Below are positions 39,951 through 53,692 of a DNA stretch of 64,000 bases, one piece after another. Every line of letters begins with the position of its first letter. The first letter of the stretch is position 1. The DNA lies in the NCBI RefSeq assembly GCF_006345805.1, contig NC_043013.1, positions 55,676,001 to 55,740,000 on the forward strand, given 5' to 3'. Both the position numbers and the translations under genes were made by a program. Source of the stretch: Octopus sinensis (taxonomy: Eukaryota). Under the pieces are notes generated by a model. The model was not told where the DNA came from and ran no database searches. It saw only the letters and a list, made by a program, of their open reading frames with translations.

Positions 39951-40060
39951 ATGAACAGCAAAGTCGACCTCGGTGGAATTTGAACTCAGAATGTAGTGAC
40001 AGATGAAATACCACAAAGCATTTTACCCAGGGTGCTAATGACTCTGTCAGTTTGCTGCCT
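39950..40060 (-). mobile_element. SINE family C head fused to the CR1 fragment
   Basis: aggcagcaaactgacagag...ctgagttcaaattccaccgaggtcgactttgc runs straight into LINE sequence. Confidence 0.85.
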
Positions 40061-41079
40061 TAAATAGTAATAATACTAATGCCTACATCTCTCTCTCTCT
40101 CTCTCTGTCTCTCTCACATACACACATATACATATATATATATCTATATTCATAACTATATAAATACATGTTATTACTTCACTAACAGGACGTGTGAATA
40201 TTTCATAGAATTAATGGTAAACTTATTGGGTTATTTCTGAAAACTTTATCCAAAAAAACCTGAAAGCATATCCCCGTGTTGTGTCTGTATGGAAAGATAG
40301 TTGCTGCTCATCTGCTAATCATTGAAAAGTGAAAGAAATTGGAATACGATGATTACTTTATATATACACTTTATATACTTTATGCACAATTTTATAGACT
40401 TAATACACAACACTCATAAAATTAATATTCTTAGTTTTCCATTTTCCCCATGAACAAAAAAAATATATCCTGTACATATGATACAACCTTTAGTTAAATT
40501 GCATATGTCTGCCATGTAAATAAGCAGGAATATTTCGTGGAATTGCACTTATGAACATGCGTTAAGTGATACGGAATATATAAAAAAACTTAGTTCAATT
40601 AAAAAAATTTCCCCACTGCCACCACCATCGTCACCACCACCTCTCTCTTCTGCTCTCCCTCTCTCTCCATTCTCTCTTTCTCTATGCCTTTCATTAACCT
40701 CACCCTCAGAGCATCACCTTACTGCTAAAATTATATTTTTAAATCTCCTCCTATAACGTCAACTAATTCCTTTCTCCCTCTTTCTGTCTCACTCCTTGCC
40801 TTATCCACTTTTTCTTTCTCTCTTCTCTTCAACTAATGATGTGAAAGTGTTACAATTATGTTCCCTCTACTGCAAGCCATGGATGCTTCTCTCGTCTTTT
40901 TCTCCCTCCCTCTTTTTCTCTCTCCCTCTTTTTCTCTGATCCTGCGAAAGCCTTACCAACAGGTTAAGGAATGCAATGACAAGCAGAATTATTAAAAGAT
41001 AATTAAGAGAAACCCTACTTTTCTAATATGAAATTGTTGATCTGCTGCCACTTTTTGTGGTTTTTAACCTTTTTTACAA

Positions 41080-42520
41080 GTCCACCAGAAGTAAAAGTGA
41101 AGAAAATTTCAGATTTCTTCAGTATTGCATCATGTCAATAGAATGCAAGATCTTTGGAGATTCAGTGAAAACATTAATGATAAAGAACTCCCAACATTTC
41201 AAGAAGTGCCATCGGAATTTTGCCCATCACAAAAACAATTTGTGCCTGGAAAAATATTCAGCTTTCTCAAAGATGTAAAGAAATGCTCATACTGCCAGTC
41301 TGGTTCAAGGAAGCCTTGTGGCTTCATTATGATATTCAGCATGGTGCTGTTATGCCTCAGAAAACTACCTTCTTGACTTGTGTACAAACTGGGGCAACAT
41401 TACACGAAAAATCGCTGCATTCTGGTTGCCATATGAAAGCAGTTAGCACTTTTGGCCAAAGACAGATGTATCCGTCACTCTGAATAAGCAGCTGATTCAG
41501 TAACAAGGAGTAGCTTAGCAAGCATTAGAAATTATTTTCAAAGCAGTCAGATTCTGTGGTAGGCAAAGCCTAGCATTACAAAGGAATGAATATAACACAA
41601 GAAACTTTGTATATCTTATAAAAAAAAACTTGCTGAAGAATGCAGTGCAGAAGTTAGTCAGTTGCTTAAACGTTGAGATAATTTCCAATCTGCTATGATA
41701 CAAAATGAAATCCTATAGGTATATACTCATAACATCATGCATGAGATCAGAAAAAAAGTTGAAGATCCCATGTTTATTGGTATTAAATGTGATGGCACTA
41801 CAGATTGCTCTGGGATGGAACAAGAATCAATTTTCACAATTTTTATAATCCTCCAGACTGCTCTTCAGAGACACTAAGGTTATTCTGGACGTTTTTTGAT
41901 GCTTAAACATTTTACTTGGCACAAAATTATGCTGCTTTCCATTTGATGGTGCCAATACCTTGCATACAAACATTCCAGGCATACAAACGAGATTAAAAGA
42001 CATGTTTCCTTGTACATATTTTGCACATTACAGAAACCATTCTCTGGACCTTGTCCTCCAAGAAGTTGGCTTTGTTCACTAATGTGCCATTTTTCTGAAA
42101 GAGTCATCAAAAAGGAAACCACAATGGTCAAGCCTTTGTTGCGAGATGGTCATATTGCAAACTGTGTATCCAACTCATTGGTGCATTTCAGCAACAGCAC
42201 TGAAACAGGTGTAAAGCAACTATAAGAAGATTAAGGGTTTCTTGCCAGAGTTTCTGAATGATGCATTGCTATGAGCAACACCAAAGGCTACTGTCCAAAT
42301 GACTGCTGAAACAATATTAAGGTGTCTGGGAATGTATTTGCAACATGTGAATCTGTGGCATGTAGCTTATGGCATTCAGGCACAACTAGGGACTGCTTGA
42401 AGCTGATCAGGAAGTTGAAGAACTCTCTTTCAAAAATGAGAAGTGAGAAAGTTTTTGAAAACTATTTCAATGAAATATCCTCTGATGACTTTGAGAAAAT
42501 GCCTACACTTTTCGTTCCAA
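41080..42520 (+). pseudogene. hAT transposase fossil (TTF zinc finger / ZMYM1-like group)
   Basis: WFKEALWLHY; FIGIKCDGTTDCSGMEQES (first catalytic D region); FDGA; GIQTRLKDMFPCTYFAHYRNHSLDLV (decayed CxxH); many stops and frameshifts. Confidence 0.88.
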
Positions 42521-42530
42521 GAATAATATA

Positions 42531-42597
42531 TATTTTGAGTGCTAAACCTGCCAGGGTTAACTTTGTTTCTCATTAATTTGAGATCAATAAAATAAGT
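42531..42597 (+). repeat. Exact 67-bp duplicate of 43549-43615
   Basis: tattttgagtgctaaacctgccagggttaac...aataaaataagt is identical at both sites. Confidence 0.95.
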
Positions 42598-43070
42598 GTT
42601 TCAGACATATAGCAACTACTGAAGAAGGTGCTCTCTCTGTCATCAATGACTGGCATCGGCCGTTTTTCAGCAGCATCATTGATGTCATCAAAAATGAATC
42701 GAATCCCCACTTTCAGCAAGAGGGAATGTGCATCTGCTGTGAGCGAGAGGAGTTTTGCATTTATCAGAAGTCAGCTGTGGGATGTTTGAGCTTGCAAATG
42801 CATCCCTGCCTTTTCTATATGGAAATCGGACGTTAAACATTGATGATGATTGCCCTCACTATCATCACAAATCAAGCTCCTTACTGGCCCATAGACGGAA
42901 AAAGAAACTTTTCCCAAATAACTGCATGACATTGTTGGAAATGGAGAGCTTCTGGTGCTGTTCTTCGTTCTGGCAAGCGTTGATGCAAATGCAGCTTATT
43001 CTGTCTCATGAACGTGGAAAAGTGCTTCAAATTATTCTAAAGAATGTTCTGCTCTCATTTTGGTAATGAA

Positions 43071-43111
<41 letters not shown>

Positions 43112-43118
43112 AACTACA

Positions 43119-43155
<37 letters not shown>

Positions 43156-43173
43156 TTATTATTATCATCATCA

Positions 43174-43233
<60 letters not shown>
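43071..43233. repeat. Compound (CTA)n-(TTA)n microsatellite
   Basis: Direct reading. Confidence 0.95.
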
Positions 43234-43234
<1 letters not shown>

Positions 43235-43239
43235 GTTTT

Positions 43240-43447
43240 GAGGTGGCAAGCTGGCAGAATTGTTAGTATGCTGGGCAAAATGCTTTGTGGCATTTTGTCC
43301 CACTTTATGTTCTGAGTTCAAATTCTGTCAAGGTCGACTTTGCCTTTCATCCTTTTGGGGGTTGATAAATTAAGTACCAGTGACAGACTGGGATCGATGT
43401 GATCGACCTTCACCAATTTCAGGCCTTGTGCCTATAGTAGAAAGGAT
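43240..43447 (+). mobile_element. SINE family C
   Basis: Similar to 36165-36372. Confidence 0.85.
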
Positions 43448-44545
43448 CATCATCATTATTATTATTAGTATAAACACATGTGCAGTGGATGGTAGAATTG
43501 ATAAATCAACACGAAAAATTGACTGCAGTATTTTGGTAGAGTGTTTTCTATTTTGAGTGCTAAACCTGCCAGGGTTAACTTTGTTTCTCATTAATTTGAG
43601 ATCAATAAAATAAGTTCAACTGATGAACTAAAACTGATCTCATCAACTCTATCTCATAAAGAAAAGTTTCAGGGTCCCTGTGTCTATATACGTCTGGGGG
43701 TGGCCATGATCAGAGACACCTGTAGCCATGGCACATGAAGAGGGAGAATGAAAGAGAAGGAGGAAGGGAGAGAGATGGAGAGAGAGAGTGCAATGGAGAT
43801 GGAGAGAGAGCAAGAGAGAAAGCAAGAAAGACAAAGTAAGAAAGAGAGAGAGAAAGAGAGATTTGGTGACCAGTTGAAATAGTTTGTGTTCCTAAAGCCC
43901 TTATCAGTTGATGATGAAGAAAAGCTGATGCTTTGAAACCCTTTTCTTGGTCTTTAAATCCCAAAATACCACTTAGGATAAACTTTACTAATAAAGGTTA
44001 CCTTAATCAAAATTTGTAAAAACTGGTGACAGCTTTTGATCTGATAAGGGAGCCTCCATGCTAATTGGTAGCAAGATAAATACCTTCAACTGTCGACAGT
44101 TTGTAATAGCAAAGCAAAGAGACATAAAAAATGCTTTAACCAAAAGTGATAAAATACTGTGAAATCAACTTCAATAGAAGGGTCAACATGTAATTTTAGT
44201 ACAACCCTTGGGTGGGGGAAGGGGAGAGGGTGTATTGTTTGAACCATCACTGACTATTTAGAAGAAGCAAACAATCCCACAATTGCTAACTTTTAACTGA
44301 GATGTTTAGGATGGAGAGGCAGAACAGAAAATATATGTAGCTACCGGTTCAGTTGTATAGGCTTTCAAACCCCCTTCAATAACCATAAAATACCAGTGAA
44401 TGTAGATCACTACATGTATTAGCATAAATCACCTTTTATATGTCCATTCAAAGAATTATCAAAGGTAGGTGTGGGTGGGGAGGGTTTGATGGGGTTACAC
44501 AGCTACATCAAATGTCTGGTTTCTTTTTCACTGTGTATACTAAAA

Positions 44546-44884
44546 CAGATATTCTCAAACATTTGGGGTCACTGCCCCACTCATGGCCACATAATATCCT
44601 CAGCGCCCTCACCCCTATTTTTATGTAGAAATAAATATTTTATATTTTACTAATTTATATATATTATGAATCATTTGATATTTAATATAATATTATATAA
44701 TTTCTATACAATACTATAAAATAATAAATTCATAGTATTCCCCAATCCACTGCCTTCTTCCCAATGCCTCCATTTTCTCAAACGTCCCCCCTCTCGCACC
44801 ACACCCTTAGGCACCAGCGCCCACCTGGACCCTCTCAACGCCCACCAGGGGGGGGGGTAGTAGCGTCCACTTTGAGAATCTATG
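44546..44884. mobile_element. hAT (Charlie-like) MITE
   Basis: TIR cagatattctcaaa / tttgagaatctatg (12/14); TSD tactaaaa / agctaaaa (6/8). Confidence 0.6.
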
Positions 44885-45420
44885 AGCTAAAATGTCTCAA
44901 AAGAAATCATGTCCAGTCCTAAATTCCAACAGAAAGCTGTTCAGTGCCAAATTCTTTAAGCATTAGATATTCATTTGAATAAATTTGAGTAAAGAACTAT
45001 CCTGTTTAGTTTTTCTTCTGTACCTGTTCACCGACAACTGTTTAACTGTATTGAACTTTTATTTATATTTTCTTAAAACATGAAAGCAAACGTCTATTTA
45101 CAAAATGTTTATAAATTTTCCTGGAAACAATTTTCAACTTCTCCTCTGTTGATACCTAACTCACGTTAAATTGCCACGAATGAGGCTACACTGCAAACTA
45201 AAGCAGAGCCAGTGATTTATCTGTCCACATTCACATGTTTATAGCTTGTAATATGTTTCAGTTGAGGTATTAGCATTTAGACTAAAGCCATAAATTTATA
45301 GATTTCTTTTCAAACAAATTTCAAGTGGTCATAAATTGTCAACACATACCTCATGAATACATGTACAAACACAGGGAAATATATACACATATATATAATA
45401 TATATACATATATATATGTA

Positions 45421-45488
<68 letters not shown>

Positions 45489-48400
45489 TGTATATATATC
45501 ATATATATACATATATATATCATATATATCATATATATACATATATATATATATCATATATAAACATATATATGTATACACATACAGTGCACGTCCCTCA
45601 GCATGCATATAACAAGAGAGAGAGAGAGAGAGAGAGTGTGTGTGTGTGTGGTGAGGAAATGACTGTGCCTGCAACTTTGTAGAGAGATGGAGATAAAACA
45701 ACAAAAAGATCAGTTTTGAGAAGCAGAACAAAGACAGATGAGTTTTATGGCGAAATGAGTAAAGATAGCAATGCAATTTAGTTGGAATGGCTGCTTGCAG
45801 AGAAGACTGGAGTAGATAGGTGAATTACTGTGAGGATAAATAGGTGGAAGGAGCTGGGGGTCGAGGATATGGGTAAGGTGATAAAGATGGATAAATAAGA
45901 AGAGAAAGTAATGAAAGAAAAAAGACACAGATGAGTGTAAAGCTAAAAGAGAAAGGAGATAAATAGTTTTTATATGAGAGAAGGAGGGAGAGAAGGAGAA
46001 AGAGGGGGAGGAGGAGATTGGAGGAGAAAGAGAAGGAAGATAAGAGAAGAAGTTGGATCAGTGTGTGAGAGAAAGAGGGAGAGAGGGAGAAGAGGTGAAT
46101 GAGGAGAAAGAAAGGAATGAAAAAGAATATAAGAGAAAAACACATAAAACAATGACACACACACACACACATATGCGATTGTGTATGTGTGTGTGTGTGG
46201 GGCATATGAATGTATATGTATATACATGTGTGTGTGTGTATATATGTATATATATATGATATATACATACATATCTCTCTCTCTTTCAATATATATATAT
46301 ACACACTCACACACATACATGTGTGTGTATATATGTATATATATATGTGTGTGGGTGTGTCTTTGTATAGGCTCATAGAGAGAAAGGGAGAAAAAGGTTG
46401 AGTGTGGTAATGTATCTGTATCTACACAGATTCACACACACATACACACACAGATATACAGGCACAGTCTCATTCTCTCTCTCTTTCTTTTTCTTTCTCT
46501 CTCCTCCCCCTTCTCTCTCTCTCATACACATGTAACATTCATTCGTATACGTATGTATTTAATTGATTTATTATATAAGAAAATGTCGTTGGGAAGAAGA
46601 GTGAACAGAATGGCAGCAGAACACTTGTCCTGCCACCAAGAAAGAAGAGACATGGAAATGTAACTGTGAGAGGCTGAAGAGTAAGAATAGAGAGATATAC
46701 AGATGAAGAGATCGATGGACAGAGAGGGGGAGACAGACAGAGACATAGAGAAAGAAACTGAGCAAAATGACCAACTGTTGAAGTTCCCGGTTTAGGGGAT
46801 CGAAACTGTGATTGACTCTATGAAGGCAGAAGAATAATCAGAGATAATCAGTGAGAGACTGAGAATGCCTGGTGAAGCAGGGGATGGACTATCCACACCT
46901 GTATTTGGTATTTCAAGAGTGATATGCACTCAGGTAATACCAGGAGACATCCAACCTTATGACTTGTGTCATAGTCTTATCATAGTATGATGATAAACTG
47001 CTACAGGGACAAAGGAAATACTCCAGAAAGAAACAAGTGCAGGGGCAGCAAATTCGTGGAACAGACTATGTAGAAAAGCATATATTTAATGTGATTAGGA
47101 AGGCAGTTTGCTTAATGTCAGGATGCCAGGAGCTGGGTACTACAGATACCCCGGTGCCCAACTAATGTTTTGTCCTATATGCAATTTAGTCAGCTTATTT
47201 TGCTGTGACATCTGCTAGAGATGCTGTCACATGGTGCCATGCTCTTTACCATTGAATGCACGGTGCCACACAGTTAAAAGAAATCAGTTGCTGACAAGAC
47301 ACAGGCAAGGAATGGCATTGGGAACAAACGTTTTTCTTTGTCATTTATGTTGTAGCTGATATGAAGACATTTTCTTATCGTTTTTTCATTGCAGTTAACA
47401 TCTTAGAAAAACTAGACAAACTCCTTTGCCTCTTGTGTAAGATGACAGCTTTTTTAATTTATTTTTCATTTCTTACATTACAATTAAACATTCCTTTCTC
47501 TTTTACTAAACAGAAAATGTAATGTGTAATACTAATTTTGTTTAAGACCCATGCACGGAATTTTCTCTAACCATTGTGTTCATACAAATTCTTCTCTTGC
47601 CGGACATATTTGAATGAACAAAGTCTGGGTCATAATTTATATTTTGAGAATTTTAAAAATTATTATAAGATTTATTCCTGTTTTAATTCCTTTTGCTTGT
47701 CATATAATATATATTGTCTGATGCAGATGTTCAGGTTTGACTAGACTCACAGACTTTATATACATTATTATATTTGTGTAGTCAGTCAAACTCCCATTTC
47801 TTGTCTTGCATCAACTGGCAATCGTTGACCTTTTAAACTGCAGCCATCATAAATCTTTGTAGACGTTATATTATGTGACTAGCATAAAAATATTTTTCCC
47901 ATGTTATTTAACATTTGAATTTTTTCTGGTAATTTTTGTATATCTATTTAATATCTTGTTTTGAATTGTAACCTCACCTGAAACGAGCAACCTTCACATT
48001 CATATAATGAATGACCGTTATTGTAAGAAATTGTTATACACCCTCTTCACTGTGAAATTGCTGTGGGAGACATTCTCAGCAAAAAGCAATCCAACAGAAC
48101 TAGAGAGGGGCCTTTTACAGTGGGCTTCACAAAGGAGGGCTGAGGTGGATGAATGGCTTGTGGTGGATGTAGAATTCTTGTGCAGATACTACTAGCAAGG
48201 TGAAAGTTTGTTACATGTTCAGGTAGGAATTTTGTATGGAAGTAGGTGTCTCTCAGGTGGTGGGTTTATGAAGACAAGGGATAAATGAAACAGACATGTT
48301 CTACGGTTATGCAGTGTTAGTGTGGATAAATAATGGATCAGAAATGAGCTGAGAGGACAAACATGGAGGAGAGGATTCCGACATATTATGCAAGGGGATA

Positions 48401-50084
48401 CACTTAACTAATGTGATGTGCATGAAGGATGGAGGTTGAGTAAAGAAACAACAAGTAAACTAAGTAGAAAGATCTTGTAGACTGAGAAAAACGTAAGAGG
48501 ATGTGTTGTGGGTTGATCTGTTTGGCTAAATTGCACAAAAGAGACAAGAAAGGGGAGTGGAAGCTGGTGTGAAACTGTGCGAGAAAAGACTTGTCTAACT
48601 CCTACCTGCAAAACAAGAAACAGATATAAAAATTGATGATGATAATGATGATGATGACAATGATGGGGATTATGGCAACATGTACATTTCACTTCAATGT
48701 TGTTATTGGCTTTGTTCTTGAAGGTGGAACCAGTGTGTATAGATTTTTAATATTTTGTTAAATATAGCAAATATAACAACTATATATAGCAGTTAACAAA
48801 AGAATAAATCTTGTAATAATCTAATGATTCCAAGTTGAGTCAGAAACTGTTTGAAGTTAGGATTTCTTTCCAATTTCAATACCAAAAACAATATTGATTG
48901 GGCCATAATCATTTATGACTCCAGAATTTAAATCACTTGAAAGAACTCAGCCAAGGCTTTTGACTTCTTCCCTAAATTTATTAGGATTTGGTGAATCTTT
49001 TTGGTCAAACGAGTATTGGAACATTCTGAATCTTTTGTTTAATTAAAGATGAAACTTCAACTCTCATAGCTGTGGACCCTCAACAAAAATTAAAAGCAGA
49101 CCCCACAATGAAATATCGATCTTACATCTGAGATGCTGTTGCTGTATTTACGAGCATCCTAGATTACATCCAAAATAAGGAACCCAACTGATTGATGTTG
49201 GAGTTTCCCACCTCCACACTTCATCCTCCACTCCCTTACATATACACCTCACTCAGCTGTTTCTAGCCCTGCAACAATGACTTCTGGTTGCTAGAAGCAG
49301 AGGGTGTGGGTGGCAGTGGTGAAGGTGGTGGTGATGGTAGTAAAGGTATTGTTATTGTTGTTGATGTCAATTATCTGATTGAACCATATCTTCATGAAGT
49401 TTCATCTTAATGACTTATTTCCAATCAGTGATTCCATTTCTCATTTCAGGCTTCCATCTATCTACTCCGACAAGCATTTTTGACTTCCACCATCCTCGAT
49501 TATTTGCAAGAATTGTCCAAGTGATTCCTTCCCTTTTCCACAGTTGTTTCTGCTAATGCTGGTATCTGTCAGTCACAACCACTGACAGAAGCATCACTGA
49601 TTTTGGGGGACGAGGTGGGACCAGAACCTGTAGAAAGAGACACTGCAACACATCTTCTCCAATACACTAACAATTCCTTCAATCTACCACCAGGGACCGA
49701 TCCTTTATTAACTGATCCTGAAAGAATTAAAAGCAAAGTGAACCATGGCAGGATTTGAACACAGAAGGCAGAAATCCCAAACAAATACCACAAGGCATTC
49801 TATCCAGCACTCTAGCAATCCTTTGAGTTTGCTTGTTGTCTGCTACATTCTTTCATTAGTGAAGATGAAGCTGAATGGAATGACGAATATCATACCATCT
49901 TTATACTTTATTTAATTTAATTAGCTTTTCTCATTTCAACTGTAAAATCTTTCGTATACAGAGGCTGCCATTTTCATTTAATTGAATCTCTTTACACACA
50001 CACATATGCGTGTGCATGCACATATATCCATACATGCATATACATACATATATGTTATATATACACACACATATATACATGTAA

Positions 50085-50155
<71 letters not shown>

Positions 50156-50213
50156 TATGTACATATATATATATGCACATGTATATATATATATGTGTAT
50201 GTGTGTGTGTATG

Positions 50214-50246
<33 letters not shown>

Positions 50247-53200
50247 ATGTATATGTATTTATATACGAATGATAGGGATGAACAAGTATCTGTTCTAATC
50301 ATCTTTTATCTTTGCTCAGGTCAGCTCCCCCTGCTGGGTTTGGGATTTTCCATTTTCTAAATCATTCAATTTAATCATCAGAAATTTTCATATTTTTTTT
50401 TTCAAATATAATGATTGGTATTTCAAGTGTAAGGAGGTGAGCTTCCAGCAGACCAAAATCTTGATATTATTCTGATTATTAATGTGTCTTTCTCATTTCC
50501 CGTATGATGCCAGTAGCCTCAGGAAATATAAAAATTGGTAAAGATCCTCCTTTCTCTCTGGAAACTTAATAAGACTGATTAGTTTGTGTTTGTATCGTAC
50601 ACCAGTTCTGAAAATGAAATAACTGATATTCTTCAATTCTTTTATTCCCTTTCATTCAACTGACTGTGGCCAGGCTGGGGTCCGACCTTAAACAGTATAG
50701 TTAATTAGATCGATTACATCGTTTATAACTCATTAATTTGAATAATTTGTCAGATATTTTATTGACCTCCGTAGCAGAAATGGAAGAGTTGACGTTGATA
50801 GGATTCAAATTTTAATAAAGAACAATAACTACAACATACTCATAACATAAAGGAACATATAAAAGAACACAACCACAACACAACCCTAACATAAAGGGAC
50901 ATATCCCAAAATTGTTCCTATGATGCTCTAAAATTATTTGGTTTCATATTCTGTCATATTTTTATTAGATACAAACTACAATTCATTGAGTCAACTCTTT
51001 AGCAGTAAAGCTTGCTGAATCCAGCCAAATTATCCTGCCTGTTTAATGCCCAATCTAATCAGATCCAACCACTCACACTTAACCGACAATGTCATTTTAA
51101 AAATAAGCAATCCCATAGTCAAAATCTCAAAGTTTGGAAATAAGGCATGATTAATTGAAAGAAGGTGAATAAGTAAGCATTGAGAGTGTAATCTTAATGT
51201 TAAAGGGTTAAATGGTATTGAACATCCATTTCTTTGATCATTCTGTATGGTATCTTGAGGCAGTGTCCCTTACAATAGTTTCAGGTGACTCAAGCTTTGT
51301 GAGGTAAATTCTGTAGAAGCTCTTTGTGTGGAATGTAGCTCTAAGCTAAAGGATCAGCCTTGTCACATGCTGCTATGCTGACTCTCTCTTTTAATTCCAT
51401 TCTGTGAAATAGTCAGCCAGCTATTTCAACAGGTGTGCCATTCTGTTGACCAGACAATTGAAACACTAATAAACAAGTTCAACAATGATTCCATCGTCAG
51501 TAACCCAGAAATTCTCATGTTGAAAGTCTTTGAGTTGGTGAAACAAATGCCAATAAGATACCAGTTTGTTTTTTCAGTTAAGGTATGGCAAAATTGAAAA
51601 TAGTTGTTGTTTAACCCCCAGGTAATCCCTGTGTACAAAGACTTGACCATGTTGATTTTATATATTTCTTAGATAAAAGTGGTTTAGGATTTGAGTGAGA
51701 TTTACTGATGTTTCTAGCAGTTCAAACATCCATGTAGTAGCTCCTTTGTTAGTTGTACTTAAGAGTTGCTATTTATAAAAGAAGTACTTTCCAAATAAAT
51801 TATTATGCACGATGATGATGATGATGATGATGATGACACACAATCCTGTTGTAATAAGGTCTCTCTACAGAGTGTTACATATTTTTAAGTAGAGGTTATT
51901 TTTTTTCTATTATCATGAGAATTTAATTACTAATTTTCAAACATTTTCTAAATCTGTCGTATTTCGCATATTCTATTAACGAAGCAAATTCAAAATATGA
52001 GTATTTCATAGTGTTTCTATCTGCTGCTCTGGCCATTCTTTTGGCTTCCATTGGAATGGATCTAAGTAAAATATTCTTCCCAGCGTTAGCACAATGCAGT
52101 CTTCCATATGAATGCATCAGAGAATCACAGATATCTGAAGAGCTGATAAATAGTTATTGAATTTGCATTTACCTACACTACATGTCCATAATTTTGGATA
52201 TTCAACATGTGGTAAGCATTCTATTAAAGAAGAGTGGAACCTGGCCACTACCATATTTCAGTAAATAAAGATTCCATTTTCAGATCAATAATTTATGTAT
52301 TAAAAAAAGATGATCATTGATTTTCATGGATTATAGCTTTGAGAATCAGCATCTTCCTTTAAATAGTTGCTTTCTTCCCATATTTAAATAATTCATGCAG
52401 AGGCCTCCTATTCAATTTGGCTGTAACTAATGGTTTTATGTATTATAAAAATAAATTGTTGGATAGTGTGTTTTTAGAACCAAAGAGAAGACATAATTAG
52501 ATACACTGTGTATATTATATGAATAATTAAATTAAATTATCTTGTAAAAAGTGTAAAATGATTTTTTAATGTTTTAAAAATGTAAAATAGATTTTATAAC
52601 ATGTAAAGTATGTTTTAAAATATTTCAAAGAGGAAAACAAAATTGAGTGTCTAGAGTAATTAGTTATATTGTAAATAAAGGTGATCACACTGATAATTAT
52701 ATAAATATTCAAATTACCAAAGACAAGGCAAACATAGAAAACTGTTAGCAAAAGAGAATGAAGAAAGCAATTTAAGGGCTTAATTTCAGCACTTTTGAAA
52801 TTTAAGCAATATTTAGCTAAATCTTATATTAGACATTTTTTCTTTAGTTTTTTGTTTTAGATTATACTTGAAATATTTTAGTTTTGTTCCAGGTTACAAA
52901 AGGGAAGTGTTTAGTGAATGTTAACATATTTGAAGGAGAGAAAGTAAAGTAATCTATTTAGAACCAATTATGTGACATGGATAAGACAACATTAGCTCAG
53001 TGAATTATATTATTTTATGACATTTTGACAATTAAAGGGCAACAACTTGTTTCAATGTTATTAGACCTTATCAGCAAAGCATGAATTTCAGAGTAGATAC
53101 TGAAAGGAGCACTACAAAATGAATGAAATAATAATACTCACTAAGTTGATATTGTTTTTTATCTCCATCACATAATTGTTTCTATTGAGGTATTTAATTC

Positions 53201-53517
53201 TCATTACATTAAATATGCTAACACTAACTTGACTGTTGCATTTTGTTGCAGATGACATCGATGAATAGTTCAACTGACTAATCTATTTTTTTTAGAAATA
53301 CTATTTCTTCACATCCACTCATATACACTGGTACACATCTGTTTACTGATTCTTACATCATTACTTTATCAAACATAACAAAGTCTAAGATCTGTTGAGA
53401 GGTGTAATAACACTGGAACATGTCAAGAGTTGTCTGCCACATTTGCTAAAATGAAATATTATTAACCATTGTCATCTTTTCCTCTCTATATAATTATCTC
53501 GAATGAGATATTTTGAT

Positions 53518-53692
53518 GCATTGTGTTCTTGAGCAAAACACTTCATTTCACATTGCTCCAGTCCACTCAGCTGGCAGAAATAGGTAATAATCCTGTGAGG
53601 GACTGGTGTCCCATCCAGGTGGGGAATATATACGCCACTGAAACCAGGAAGCTGACCTTTAAGAGTAGGTATGGCTCAAGAAGGAGACATTT
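53518..53692 (+). mobile_element. Headless SINE fragment with a conserved central domain (CORE/V/Meta-like)
   Basis: ttgtgttcttgagcaaaacactt...ccactcagctg...cctgtgagggactggtgtcccatccagg. Confidence 0.6.

Noticed and set aside
48040-48330. Possible decayed PLE linker/endonuclease on the minus strand
   Set aside because: Too degenerate to read a convincing motif without a translated search.
51923-52117. 64-aa non-repetitive ORF as a host exon
   Set aside because: No recognisable domain and no donor site; may be an old LINE relic.
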